From: Blastocladiella emersonii ATCC 22665
Lineage: Eukaryota; Fungi; Blastocladiomycota
DNA: 64,000 bases
Assembly (NCBI GenBank): GCA_025594325.1
Contig: JANHCV010000015.1
Location: 682,001 to 746,000, forward strand
Direction: 5' to 3'
Positions 1 through 12,977 of this stretch are shown here, piece after piece. The number at the start of each line of letters is the position of its first letter. The first letter of the stretch is position 1. The translations under genes were made by a program, and so were the position numbers. The notes under the pieces are model-generated. The model did not search any database, was not told the origin of the DNA, and saw only the letters and a program-made list of their open reading frames with translations.

Positions 1-1672
1 AGCGAGAAACCCACTCCGCCCAAGTTCCAATGCCGCGTCACGCTTTGCGCGGGCAATCCGCTGACCGTCATGGAGTCGTTGGTTGCGCGGGAGCAGCGGT
101 TCCACGCGATCCACATGGGCTCGACCATGGATACGTGCGGTTTGCTCAACCTCCTCGTCCACGCGGCGCCGCTGCTTTCCAACAACGAGGCGAAAATGTG
201 CTCTCGAATCCATGTTTCGACCGACCGTCTTCCGTCCGTCGCACCGACCCGCGACGAGTTCATCACCCGCGCGACCGGGCTTCCGCTTGAGGCCATCCCC
301 ACACTTTTGGGCGTCAACTACCTCGACCGCCCCGCGGACGATGATTGGGCCTCGCACGTCACGACCTTTGCTTGGAACACCCGCCACGTGGAGCAGCGCG
401 TCAGTTGCAGCAGTGAGGCGTTTGCCTTTTTGAAGCTCGACTTTCCGACCATCCCAATTGCGCTGGCGGAGTCGCCGTTTTTTTTGGACTCGCTGGTCCG
501 CTGCGCCAAGCAGCTTCGCGATCTCCCTGCTGAAGTTTCGGACCACACTCTTGGTACGTGCTCCTCACCCAATGGACGCGGTTTCGTTCACTCACATCCT
601 TAAAACGGCGTATGTAGCTTCTTCGTGCGCGGTCGGCGCCCTGCTGCCAAAACTAGTTGGGTTTGCGCTTGCCGCCGGTCGACTCTCGTGGAGCGGTGCC
701 ACCGCTCACTGCTTGCCTTGGCCCACCATGCCAGAGTTTTGGTCCGCGCTTGCCAAGATTCCAGAGCTTGCAACCTCCGCTGCCGAAATGCATGCACACG
801 CCCAGCTTTATGGGTTTACCGTCGGCGTCGCTGGATCGCGCATCATCAACGCGCACTTGTACCGCATCGAGGGCACCTTTGAACTTCCCGCTGATTCAAT
901 CACGGCTCACACGCCGCTTTGCGTCTCGCTCGAAATCCAGCGCGGTTCGATCATGCACGTGTTCCATAGCGCGCGCGTTACCCGTCTTGCAGGTGACAAC
1001 GAGGCGCGCATTGCAGCATACATCCCGCGCTACGTTGTCGAGGGCTCGCTTGGCGATCTCAAACTTTGTGTCCGACTTGACCGAGTACTTTCGAAACACT
1101 TGCTCGTCGTTTCAGGTGATGCTGTGACGTCGATTCCGCTTGTCGCGGTCAAGACGACCCGGATTGCAGTCGGTTCACTCGCTTCCACATTCGGGAAATC
1201 GATTGACCGCTCTGCGGACCGTCGGCTTGCGGTTTCTGCTCAGCGCGACTCGGGCACTCGAAAACATAACGTTCTTCCTGTCGCTTACGTCGTTGAAGAC
1301 GTCCATTAGGTTCGAATTGTTCTCTCGCTTCCACGCAACAAGCTCCGCGCGGACGTCCAGCGTCGCCCCTCCACTCTGGACCGCAAGATCACGAATTCGA
1401 TCGAGCTCTCAGTCGACGGAGCAATCCAGGTCCACTCTCTATCGTATCCTGTTGAAATCACGGACATTGTCATAGAACACAGTGAGCGTCGCGTGACTGT
1501 AACGGCGACGCGAGAGCTTGCAAACTTCAGCCTTGAGCCAAACCATCTCTCACACATCCTTTACCTCGCCGAATACTCGGAAACTCATCCACCGAGTATG
1601 GTCATCCAGCCAGCTCAGAAAATTGGATTACGCTCACTTCGATGCGCAAATTTCGCGAACGAGACTTATTGA
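1..1672 (+). pseudogene. DUF4470-like gene copy 1 (5' end outside the window; premature stop and truncated)
   Basis: Paralogous to copies 2 and 3 (MESLVAREQRFHAIH..., KLDFPTIPIALAESPFFLDSL). Intron 554-617 (GTACGT...TGTAG). Exon 2 hits TAG at 1307-1309; homology continues in frame (VLSLPRNKLRADV) to TGA at 1670-1672, about 200 aa short of the intact copies. Confidence 0.75.
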
Positions 1673-2216
1673 GTAGTACATGTATCGTTTTCCTAGCATC
1701 TGACGTGTACATCGGTGTTCTTCTTTCTCCAACTTGATGGTGAGGCGTAACGTTGCCAGGTTGGTGACAATGATGTGGTTGTCCAGTACTAGTCAAGCGT
1801 ACGCGTAGCGTCACAGCGCGCCGCGGCGAGAAGTTGTGTAGTGTGGGACGCGCTGGTGGGCCGTGGTACTCGATTTCATGGTCGAAGAGGAAGCCGAGGA
1901 AGGGGATGATGCGCCGAAGGTCGCGTCGCGTGAAAAAGCGAGAGGCAGAGCGGGCGCGAACAGTGGGCAGATGATGGCAGCGGCGAGGGCAACGTCAGAG
2001 GCGGGCAGGGCGCACACGAACGCCGACACCGTGGGGCCGCGGGCAGGATGTGAGCGGCTCATCCGCGACATTGCCATAGCTGCCGCCGCGCTCCGGAGCG
2101 GGAGCGCTGATGAGCGAAAGTGATCCGGTCATGTGACCGATTCCCAACGGGTGGCAATCTCAGGGCACCTCGCTCGCCGATCTTCGCTCCCCGACTTCGA
2201 CAACACATGCTAGCAA

Positions 2217-5200
2217 ATGAAGCAGAAAAAGGGCAGGACTAGCGGCAAAACTTCCAGCGGCACGGGTGCTGCCAGTGGCCCGGCCCGCTCGCCGCCGGCC
2301 GTGTTGACCACCTCGGGCCCCGCGTTCCTTGTCGATGACATTTCGGATCCGTACATGCCTTATGGCCGGGACTTGCCGCGCGACTTGCTTCTGCACCACA
2401 ACCCGCGCGAGGTCAAGCAGCTTGACGTGTTGACTCTCCAATGCGGCACCGTCCGCGATGTCGTGTATACGGTCGACGAGGCCAAGCGCAAGTACGGCAC
2501 CGCCGACCTGAACTTTGTGCTCAGCAACTCGCGCCCCGAGGTGCTTGCCCGCGACATGCTGCTTCTTCACGCGATCTCTCGTGGTTCTGTTCCCGAATGC
2601 TTCGTTGGCCAGCTCTACTTTTCCTTCCGGTTCGACCTCGATGCACGCGAATTTTGGAACGCTCAGATGCGCTCGTGCCTCGCCGTCAACTGGAAGCACC
2701 TGACGGACCAAGTTCGTGTGCTCAACGACGAGACCTTACGCGCGGTCCGCCATTGCTGGGAATCGTGGCTCGCTGCCGACTGGTGTCGCGAGCGGCTCCA
2801 AGTTTCACACTACGCTTACCATACGATTACTCGCACCGACTCGCACCCAGCCTCTCACGGCGAGCTTGCAGTGAGACGATTTGTGCGCAGCGTCATGAAT
2901 TCCGACGACTTTTTGAACAAGCCCATTGATTCGAAGCGCGACTTGACACAGGAACTGGCCAGCGTCGTCAACGACGGCACGTATTACCAAACAACGCAGG
3001 ACGACGACGACAAAGCCGATGATGCTACTCGGATCAAGTCCGTGGTGAACCACACCATGCTCATTGTCAACCCGGATGGGACGGTTCGCTACGCAATGCC
3101 GTACGGGTACTCGCTCATCGATTTGGTTCACATCGCCAAAATGGATTTGGTCGGCTCGTTGGACCAAGCGCGCGCCGACCTGCTTCACAAGCTCGACTCC
3201 GTGTTTGGTCCTGGCGCAGCGAAGAACCGCAAGGGCTCGTACCCGCTTGTTACGATGCCCGGCGGTAATTCTGTCCTTCCAAAGTTCCAGGTTCGTCTTG
3301 CCTTTTGCGTTGGAAACCCGCTTGCGGTCATGGAGTCGCTTGTTGCGCGCGAGCAGCGATTCAACGTGATCCACACGGGCTTGGACATGGACACGCGCGG
3401 CTTGCTCAATCTTCTTGTCCACGCTTCGCCGTTGCTGGCGAATAACGAGGCCGGCTTGCGGTCGCTCATTTACGCGTCGACCGAGGACCTTCCTTCTATC
3501 GCCGCTTCGCGCGACGAGTTTGTTTGCCGCGCTACTGGACTCCCGCTTGAGGCGTTGCCGACCTTGTTGGGCATCAGCTATCTCGAGAGCACCTCGAATG
3601 GGGACTGGACTTCCGAGGCCTCGCGCTTTGCATGGAACAAGGGACACATTAAACGGTACGAGGGTCGCAGCTGCGAGGTGTTCACCTTTGCCAAGCTCGA
3701 CTTCCCGACCGTGCCGATTGCGCTCAGCGAGTCGCCGTTCCTCTTGGATTCGCTTGTCCGTTGCGTGTCGGAGCTTCGTGAGTTCCCTGCTGCTGGGTCG
3801 GGTCAGACCATGGGTGCGTTACGATCATGTCTCCCGCATTGCCTACCGTATTAATTGATTACTCGACTCTTGTAGCGGCTTCGTGCGCGGTTGGCGCGCT
3901 GCTGCCAAAACTTGTTGGTCACGCCCTTGCTGCTGGTCGCATCTCGTGGACCGGTGCGGCTGTGCACTCGCCGCCGTGGCCCGATATGCGCGATCTCTGG
4001 GCCCGGCTTGGCGATAGCCCGCCCTTTTCGGCCATGGCCGCCGAGGCGCTTGCTCACGCCCAGCTTTATGGCTTTCCTGTCGACGCGGCCGAGTTCCAGG
4101 TCAACGGCAAACACCTGTACCTTGTCGAAGGTACCGTCAGCCTGCCAGTCGAGGCGAGGCTTCTGCAGCTCACTGCTGTGGTGGAAATCCAGGTCGGCTC
4201 GCTTGTTCACGAGTTTCGGAGTTTGCGCGTCACCCGACTCGTCTCGAGCTACGAAGTACGCGTTGCAGTGTACGTCCCGCGCTACATGGTTGAAGCTTCC
4301 ACCGACTTGCAGCCTCGCATTCGACTTGACCGCGTCTCGACTGGACCATCCGAGTATATTTCATTTGCGACCACGACTCGAATTTCGTTTGCTGATGTCA
4401 AGACCATTCGGGTCCCTTGCGGCGCGCTTGCTTGCGTGTTTAACCAAGCAGCGGCGGTCGCTTCGGTGAAGCGGTACGTGACTTCACCCAAGAGCGGTGT
4501 CGACATCCAGAAACGCGCGATGCTTCCTGTCGTGGCCGCGACCGAGAGCGCCGACGCGATCCAGCTCGAGCTTTCAATCCCGCACGACAAGCTTCGCGCC
4601 GAAATCAAACCGCGCGTCTTGTCTTCGTCAAAGCTGGTGCTCGGGACGCTCGATCTCTTCGTTAGTGGAGCGCCGCAGTCGTACCGGCTCTCGTGCCCCG
4701 TCAAGATTACTGAAATCGTGCTGCGCCGCGACCTTCGCCGCGTGCATGTGACTCTCTCGCGCGCACTCACTCCCAGTGACGGTGAGCATGCCTTCGTCCC
4801 TTACCTTCCCGATTACTCGGACCTTTATCCTGCCGGGAAGGCCGATCCCGAATCGTGGGCGCAGCTCGCTGCAGTCAAGGCTTTATACATGACGGCGCGG
4901 GACGAGTTTGATTTGAGCATGCCGAAATCGATCGCGGCTACCGCCTCGCTTGCGGATGAGCCGACTATCCTGGAGCAGACGCAGTTCTTACACTACATCT
5001 TCAAGCAGCTTACTGGGGCCATCAAACAGTCCGTATCCATTGCGCAGGCCATTGACGGTCGAGGTGATCGCATCGTGATTTTTCTGCTGAACCGCATGTC
5101 AGTCTACTTGGCGCCTGGGCTGGACCACGCGCCCACGCCCGTGCTTGACGTGACTCTCATCCCGAAACCATCGATCCTCAAAAGGTGGGGCGTGCTCGTA

Positions 5201-5539
5201 CAAAGCTCCATCTCCGAGTTCGAGCACGACTTTTTGCCCAACCTGATGATGTCCCTCACTGGCGGGCCCACTAAAACTGGGCGTTTCGAGATCCCGCAGC
5301 GCTACATGCCCTGCTTCATCAAGTTCCTTGAGGACGGGATGCTCTTGGCGCCCACCAAGACCATCTTGAACGACTGTGGATTGAACTCCAAGGTCTTTGA
5401 CGGGATGAAGGCTGCCTTCTTCCGGTCCTTCTTGCTTCCAATGTACCCGGCGAACGGAGCCGAGTACAAGTGGGAGTTTGACGAGGAGTTTGATTTTGGG
5501 ATCGTAGATGAGCGGCTCGTTGAGCTCAACGACTCGTAG
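2217..5539 (+). CDS. DUF4470-like protein copy 2, intact; join(2217..3813,3876..5539), 1086 aa
   Basis: The N-terminal PYMPYGRDLPRDLL...TLQCGTVRDV...LARDMLLL matches the fungal DUF4470 pattern as I recall it (YxxGN-P-DL...LxxGCGDxRNV...ARNxxLL). Removing the 62-bp GT-AG intron joins the two long ORFs in frame (3261 nt). Confidence 0.8.
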
Positions 5540-5755
5540 CTTTCATTTTTTCGTTGTCTAATTGATATTTTTGTTCTGTTCTAACCTCCCCCTCAACCGA
5601 GCCGTTCGAGCATGTATGGCCGGGGTCAGGGACCACGACGCGGTCAGCTGATGCCAGTGTGGCTGAGCGAGTGGCGCGAGTGGCGATGACAGTTTGTCAA
5701 CAGTCGGCGTTTCGCCGTTTCGCTCTCTCCGTTAATCCATGCATAACGTAAACAA

Positions 5756-8700
5756 ATGAAGCCGAAAAAGGCCAAGACTACCTGCAAAACACCTTTTGGC
5801 GCTGGGGCGGCTTCCTTGCCGCCGGCCGTGCCGACCTTGCCGGTTCCCGTGCTGCTTGGCAACGACGCATCGGACCCATACTTGCCCTATGGCCGGTCCT
5901 ACCCGCGTGACTTGCTCTTGTACCACAACCCTCGCGAAATCAAAGAGCTTAACTTGCTCGCACTCAACTGCGGCAATTTGCGCGCCGTCGCGCACACCAT
6001 CGGTGAGGCCAAGCGCAAGTATGGCACGGCCGACTTGAACTTTGTGCTCACCAGCACGCACCCCGAGGTGCTCGCTCGCGACTTACTGGTCCTTCGCGCA
6101 ATGTCGAACGGCGAATTCGCCGACGGCCGTACCCCACCGCATGTCATTGGCCAGCTTTACTTTTCACTCCTGCTTGGACCCGAAGCTCATTCTTTCTGGA
6201 ACGAGCAGATGCGCGCGTGCCTTGCCTTCAATTGGAACCGCTCGACTGCCCGTATTCGTGTCATTGATGACAAGACCTTGCATGCGGTTCGACGCTGCTG
6301 GGAAGCTTGGATTGCGAGCGACTTGACGCCCGAGCACCTCTATTCTCAACGCGACGAGTACTTTGAACGTATGCGTCCTTCGCCTGAAACTCGGAGTCAC
6401 GCCGAGGTCGCTACTGAGCGATACCTACGCCGCGTGCTTGACGAAACGGGTTACGCGTTGACAGGCGCTTCTGGCGACGAGGAACGCGAGCATATTCGCA
6501 CGCTCGAAGCCAACATCCACGACGGCACCGTTCGCTTCACGGCGGAAAGCCGGAACAACGTTCCAGGAAGGCATTCTGAATCGCTCGTCAACCCAACCAT
6601 GCTTCTCGTCCGGCCTGACGGGTCTCTCCGTTTTTCATCGCCATTTGGGCACACGTCCGTCGATGTGAAGAACATTGGCAAGATGCAAAATTCGGCCCCT
6701 GCGACGCAAGCTTGTACCGCGCTGCTTGAGGCGCTCGAGCCCGTGTTTGGCCCTGGGAGCGATAAACGGCGCGACGGGACATATCCTCTCGTAACGGAGT
6801 GGAGCAATCAGCCCGTGTTGCCGCTCTTCCAGTGTCGTCTCATGTTCTGCGCCGGCAACCCACTCTCAGTCATGGACACTCTCGTTGCGCGGGAGCAGCG
6901 GTTCAACGCGATTCATACGGGCACTGCCATCGACACGTGCGGCCTGCTCAGCGTACTCGTTCATGACGCGCCACTTCTTGCCAACAACGAGGCCAAACTG
7001 CGCTCGCTCATCCACGCCTCGACGTACCACCTCCCTGCCGTTGCCTCATCTCGTGACGACTTCGTTCGCCGTGCTTCTGGCCTTCCATTTGAGGCCTTTC
7101 CGACCCTCCTGGGCGTTGGCTACCTCGAGCGCACTTCTGACAGGGATTGGACGTCGAACACCTCGCGCTTTGCTTGGAGCAACAGTCACGTTGAACGTTA
7201 CGACGGCCGCAGCTGTGAGGAATTTACCTTTGCCAAGCTCAACTTTCCTAGTGTGCCCGTCGCGCTCAAGGAGTCGCCTTTCTTGATCGAGGCGCTGGCT
7301 TGTTGCGCCATGGAGCTTTGCGGCACTCCTGCCATTGCTTTGGAGCGGACTCTAGGTGCGTAATGCTTGGTTATCTTGCGGTTGATCTCTGCTTCATACT
7401 AACGATGCTCACATGTCGCTTCGAAAAAGCGTCGACTTGTGCCGTTGGAGCTGTCCTGGTCAAGCTGATCGGCCACGCGCTCGCTGCGGGGCGAGTATCG
7501 TGTACCGGCGCTGCCGCCCAGTCGACACCATGGCCTGTTATGCACAAGCTTTGGGCCGCTCTCATCGACAATCCGCTTCTTGAGACCACGTCCGCCGAAA
7601 CACTTGCCCATGCTCAGCTTTGTGGTTTCGCTGTTGCTGCGGCAAACGTTCCGCTTGACCAAGACGATCTGTACCTGTACCTGGTCGAGGGTGCTTGCGA
7701 GTTGCCAGATGACGCGACCGTGACGCCGCAGCTGGCGTCGCTCGAGTTTTCAACTGGGTCGGGTACGCACGAATTTCGTAGCCTGTGCATCAATCGACTT
7801 GGGTCGGCGGCCCAGGAACTACGCGTCGCTGCGTACGTCCCGCGCCACGTTGTTGAAGCTTGCACCGACTTGCAGCCCCGTCTTCGACTCGATTCGGTGT
7901 TGAACGGCACGTCGTCGATGCCAACTTGGTTCACGCTTACCGCGGTCGAGATAACTCGGGTCCCTTTTGGCGCCCTCGCCTCATTCTTCGACCGCGCATC
8001 GGCCTACTCAGCGGCGTGTCGTTACACGGTCTTGTCGCAGAGCGGTCTTGCCATTCAGAAACGGCCCATCTTGCCTGTGCTCGGCGCGACCGAAGACGCT
8101 GGCTCGATCCAACTGGTGCTTACCCTCCCACCCAACAAGCTCCGCGCCGACATCAAGGCGCGAATCTCATCTGTGTCTGGTGTGCTTGAGCTTGCCGTTG
8201 GCGGAACCACTCAGCTTCACCGTTTCTCGTGTCCGATTAGCGTCAACAGTATCACGACGCGACGCGACCTTCGCCGCGCGACTGTCACCCTTTCGCGTGT
8301 TCTTTCATTTGCCGACGGAGAGCTTTTCTTTGTGCCTTACCTCCCCGACTACTCGGACGTGTACCCGTACAACGTCCCGGATACTTTGGAACAGGAATCG
8401 TCCATGAAAACTCTTGACGCTTTGCAATCGGACGATCTTGAGCTTTACGATCAGGAAGACGGGGATACAAACGCGAGTCCTTCGGTCGAAGCGCAGGCGC
8501 GCTTCTTGCGCATCATTTTTGCGTGGGCGAACCAAGCCATGCACCAGGGCGCCTCCATGGTTCAGTTCATTGGGAAGAGCTGCGACGCGCATGCGATTCT
8601 CCTCATGAACCGCTTATCAACAGTCCTCGCGTGCGATGCTGACCACGCGCCTACCCCTGTCCTCGACGTCACCGTCATTCCGAACTTAAAGATTCTCAAG

Positions 8701-9087
8701 TCATGGGGTAGGGACGTGCGCGGGGGTGTGGACGACAAGGTGTCAAGGCAATATTTGCACATGATTTCATCTCACCTCCCGGAAGCTCAAACCAACATGA
8801 GATTCTTTGTGGTTCCTCCGCGCTATGTGCCCTGCTTCGTCAAGTACCTCGAGGACGGGATTCTCGCTGCGCCGGCTCGCGTGAGCGTGAACGAGACGGG
8901 TGTAGAACCGTCGTTTTTCAAATCGCTCGAGCGGAATGTCTTTCGGTGCTTCCTCCTCCCGCTCTATCCGGCAAACGGAACCGAGTATCGCGTTGCTCCC
9001 GCGCAGCCCAATGCGATTCAGAACGCGGATGACGAGGAGGTGGACTACGGAGTTGTGGACGAGCGGATCATTGAGCTCGACGAATAA
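5756..9087 (+). CDS. DUF4470-like protein copy 3, intact; join(5756..7355,7430..9087), 1085 aa
   Basis: Same motifs and same intron position as copy 2. The intron carries a canonical TACTAAC branch point (7397-7403). The joined length of 3258 nt is in frame. Confidence 0.8.
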
Positions 9088-10025
9088 CCAGCTTCGTTGC
9101 TGATCTGTATTTAATGTATTCTTTCTTTCATAGCCTTGAGCCACGCCGAGGCCCTTATGTTACGCTTTTTATCAGACGGTGGTGTTCATGGTGATCGCCC
9201 ACCTCGTCGCGAATGTTTCCGCAACTGTCCCACCAGCCCCGCGCTCCCGCGACTCCGCGCACAACCTCTCTTCCCTCTACCAACCCTGGCTTGAGGCCGA
9301 AGTCAGTAATACACATCCCTACTTCGCCTTCTCTGGGGGCCTACATAACTCATTTCAGCTCCTAGTCACATGCATTCAGACGACGCAGAAGCAGTTTGGC
9401 TTGGCGACAGTGCGATTTGGTGTGGACCGCGTTACGCATGCGCCGCTTCGTGCTGTGTGCGAGCTGACCTCGGTGGCCTGTTCCCAAGGCGCAGCTGCGG
9501 CTCAGTTGCATCGGGACTCGTCATCGATCGTTCAATGCATAAATAACCATAGCGTCAAATTCAGTGTCGCCATTACGGGCATTTGTTCCGCGTGCGGTTC
9601 GCAGCTCGACCAGCGATTTGTAACATGGTGTCCGGTGGTGCCCCCATTCTACGCGGCAGTGAGCTTTAGATGCGTTTGCTTGCGTGCACGAAACGGGGGC
9701 AGAATTTGGACCTCTCCGTCGCATCAAGGTGCTCCGTTTCGCGGCAGCGGGGACGATCGAGGCCAAGATCAGGGCGCGCTGGATGCGGGCGCCATGGGAG
9801 CGTTGATTTTCAGTGGCTATTCGAAAATAGACCTCGATACTTGTGTTAAATACAAGCGTTTTTTGAGCCTCGGGTGGCCGAGGCACGCGAGACTCGCGAG
9901 ACGCGACGGGAAAACAGGTGACTGATCAGCTGACGCTCTAGTTGTGGCGGCGCATGCTTCGCCACGCTCGCCGGTCAGATCGCTCGCTTTCGGCTCGCCC
10001 AACTTTGACCCTGCCCAAGGAAAAA

Positions 10026-11089
10026 ATGGAAGCGAATGAATGGGACCCGCTGCAATACTCGGGGCCGCCATGGAACAGCGGCTTCGCGCACCCCGATCCG
10101 AGCCAGGTCCCGCTGAACCTTCTGAACGGTGCTGGTGCTCCTCCCGCCGCTGCCCTTGCGGGTGCTGCGGTTGATTACCAGCAAGATTATTGTGATGCTT
10201 TTGGCCGCTTCCTGCCGCTGGCAGCCCATCAACCTCTGCCAGACTTGCTGCCGCGCTCGCCACAGACACCTTATGGGTTTAGCGCTCCGCTGCTTCAACA
10301 GCAGCAAAGCACTTCCTCTTCAACCCTGGAACCTACGGCCTTGGCTTCGCCCCAGAGCTCCCGTTTCGATGACTTGGCCGCGAAGCCCGTAAAATTATCC
10401 TCCCGATTCTCAACCAACACACCTTGCCACGGTGCTTCCCATGTCGCCCCCCGTTACGGCCGCCGCGCGACGCGACGTTGGGGTCCTGGTCACATCGCGG
10501 CTGCTCCTCTTCATTAAGATTTACTTTCCACGGCTTGGCTTGCGCTTCGCCGGCTCAACTTGGGTCGACTACACTGACACGCCCGCGACGGTGCTTGCGG
10601 CTACTCTGCAAAATTGGGGATTCGCTGTGCCCGTGTATCAAGCGCGTCTTGCGCAGCCTCGATGGAGTGTACGAGGAGAAGGGCGCGAGTCTGACGCGCA
10701 ACCTCGATTCGACCAAGTCGTGGTGCAGTCTTGGCGTCAAGTGGGGCTCCATTATTGTGCTCGACTACAACACGAAGCTCTCCCCGGAGTACGCCGAACT
10801 GGCCAATGAACTTACTGTGTGCCCGGCCCATCAAGGTCAAAAGGTGATTGAAGAGCTGGACGCTGTCGCTCAGGTCGCCCTCGCTGGTCACCCCGAGACT
10901 CTGCAGCGCAAGTACACCTTTCTCTTGCTTGCAAAGTGGACCGTGCTCTCACTCCTTCCCTTGAAGCCGTCTTCGGCAGCGCTTATCTCCCAGGCGAAGA
11001 CCATGGACGAGCTAACAGCCAAACGGGCACGCCTCACGTTCCCTCAGTATCTGAGCGCAATCACCACCAAACGCGCCATCGCGACCTAA
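10026..11089 (+). CDS. Possible hypothetical protein (Pro/Gln-rich N-terminus); exon structure unresolved
   Basis: ORFs 9942..10517 and 10424..11089 look coding-like and are followed by an AT-rich 3' region, but I recognise no family motif and the splice sites are not certain. Confidence 0.25.
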
Positions 11090-12184
11090 TGCGGAACGCG
11101 GTGACTCGCTGCCCATTTTGTTCTTGAACTTGCTAAATACATGCTTTTTGTTACTCTAATTTGTGCCTTGGAGGCATTGTCAACCCGAGCGGGCTGGACA
11201 ACTCGTACTGGACAACTCGTACAGAAGGGTGTTGAAAGCGCATTGTGAGACCCGTTTGCTGATCTTTCAAACGCCCTCTCTGGCGATGTGCGTCGCTGCT
11301 GCAACGGCGGGGCACGCAATTTGTTCGGAAATCTCCATGAAATGGTTTGGTTTGACGACTCCTACAAAAAACCATGATTTGCCCGCATAATGCCAGCGAA
11401 CACGCCTGCAGCGTGCTGTGCACCGGCTTGGACCGAATCACAGCCGTGCGAGCGGGCGACAGACTAGCGCTCGACGCCTTGCTATTATTAACAGTATCAT
11501 CGCCAATCCGAGCGGGCTGGACAAACTGTGTAGAAGGGTCGTAAGAGCCTTTGTAACCCTTATGTACGATTTGACTGATATTCTACAACCCTCTTGCGAC
11601 CCTTCTGCAACCCTTTCAGATTGGCGATGATCGCAGGCGCGTTGAGCGGCTGTGGACGTGCGCGCGACGATGATCGCGTCGCTCGAGTGGGGCGCCTCGT
11701 CGACAGTGGCCGCCCTGAGCTCGAAAATCCTCTTGAACTTGCTGTCCAGTGCAGTCTGCCTCAAGGCCATTGCGTCAAGTTGCAGAGGCTAATGGTTTGT
11801 GGAAGACAGCTCATGTCGAGCTTGACGACGGTGTGGGGAATAGATATCCGTGAGCCGATACCTTTGCGTTACTCACCAAACACACTTGGGTCAAACTTGG
11901 CATCAGCGCCGAACCAGGCGAACTCAAGCTCTGTCCGGCGCGGGTTTAGCTTGAAGCACTGGCCACCAAGTTCAAAAAGCGGAACGAGGAATCTCTCCAT
12001 TGGGCAAGTTTATATATCTTTATGATGGACTGTGGTCAGCGCGGGCGAGGTGTGATGGCAGAGGGTCGCGTTCGCGCAAAGTCCACCTGCACGAGCAGTC
12101 ACGTGATCCGTTGCGCCGCAAACTTCCGAGCCGCTCATCCGCCGCTCCTCGCCACACGAGCGACACCCACTCCATGCAAAACTG

Positions 12185-12680
12185 ATGAAGAACAAGTCCA
12201 AGACTAAGCCCAAAGCGACTCGTGACAGCGGTTCTTCCTCGCCGTCGCCTGCTTCCGCCGAGCCGGCCATGCCGACGGTGCCCGGCCCCGTGCTACTTGG
12301 TGACGGGACGTCAGACCCGTACTTGCCCTATGGCCGGTCCTACCCGCGCGACTTGCTCCTGTACCACAACCCGCGGGAGTTGAAGCAGCTTAACGTTGCT
12401 TGCGCTCAACTGCGGCGACTTGCGCGACGTTGCGCACACGATCGGCGAGGCCAAGCGCAAGTACGGCACGGCCGACTTGAACTTTGTGCTCAGCAACACG
12501 CAACCCGAGGTGCTTGCGCGCGATCTGCTGATTCTTCATGCGATTTCGAAAGGCGAGTTTGTTGGTGATCGTATCCCGGCGCGCTTCATTGGACAGCTGT
12601 ACTTTTCTTCGCTCCTCGAAATCAACGCTCGCGAGTTTTGGAACAAGCAGATGCGCTCGTGCCTCTTGGTCGAATGGGAC
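12185..12680 (+). pseudogene. DUF4470-like copy 4, 5' part (frameshifted, then interrupted by DIRS)
   Basis: MKNKSKTKP...PYLPYGRSYPRDLL start. A +1 frameshift near 12395 relative to copy 3. Homology stops at CLLVEWD (12680) and resumes at 33695. Confidence 0.85.
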
Positions 12681-12719
12681 CACTACCCAGTCACTCATCG
12701 CTCGGTCACCGCAGTGACC

Positions 12720-12942
12720 GTGTGCCTATATTCTCTTGAGAAGGATAGCTCTGACGCAATTTCACATGACCAGGGGAGCGCTTGCCCGCGACCCGCGTGA
12801 GCGGAAACGGGTCACGAGACCGTGGAAGGAAAAGGAAAACGAAAATCGCCAAAGGCGCGCGATTGGTGCGCCGCCGGCGGGGGGCCCCCGCCACCCGGCC
12901 CATATATAAGGCCGGACGCGGGCTCCTTCTGCTCCCCACTCT
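12720..12942. repeat. DIRS left ITR (223 bp; includes TATATAA at 12903-12909 upstream of gag)
   Basis: Reverse complement of 33397-33619; I saw 3 mismatches by eye. Confidence 0.95.
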
Positions 12943-12977
12943 TCTCTCTCGCGCTCGCATAGCTCGCGCTCGACAAC

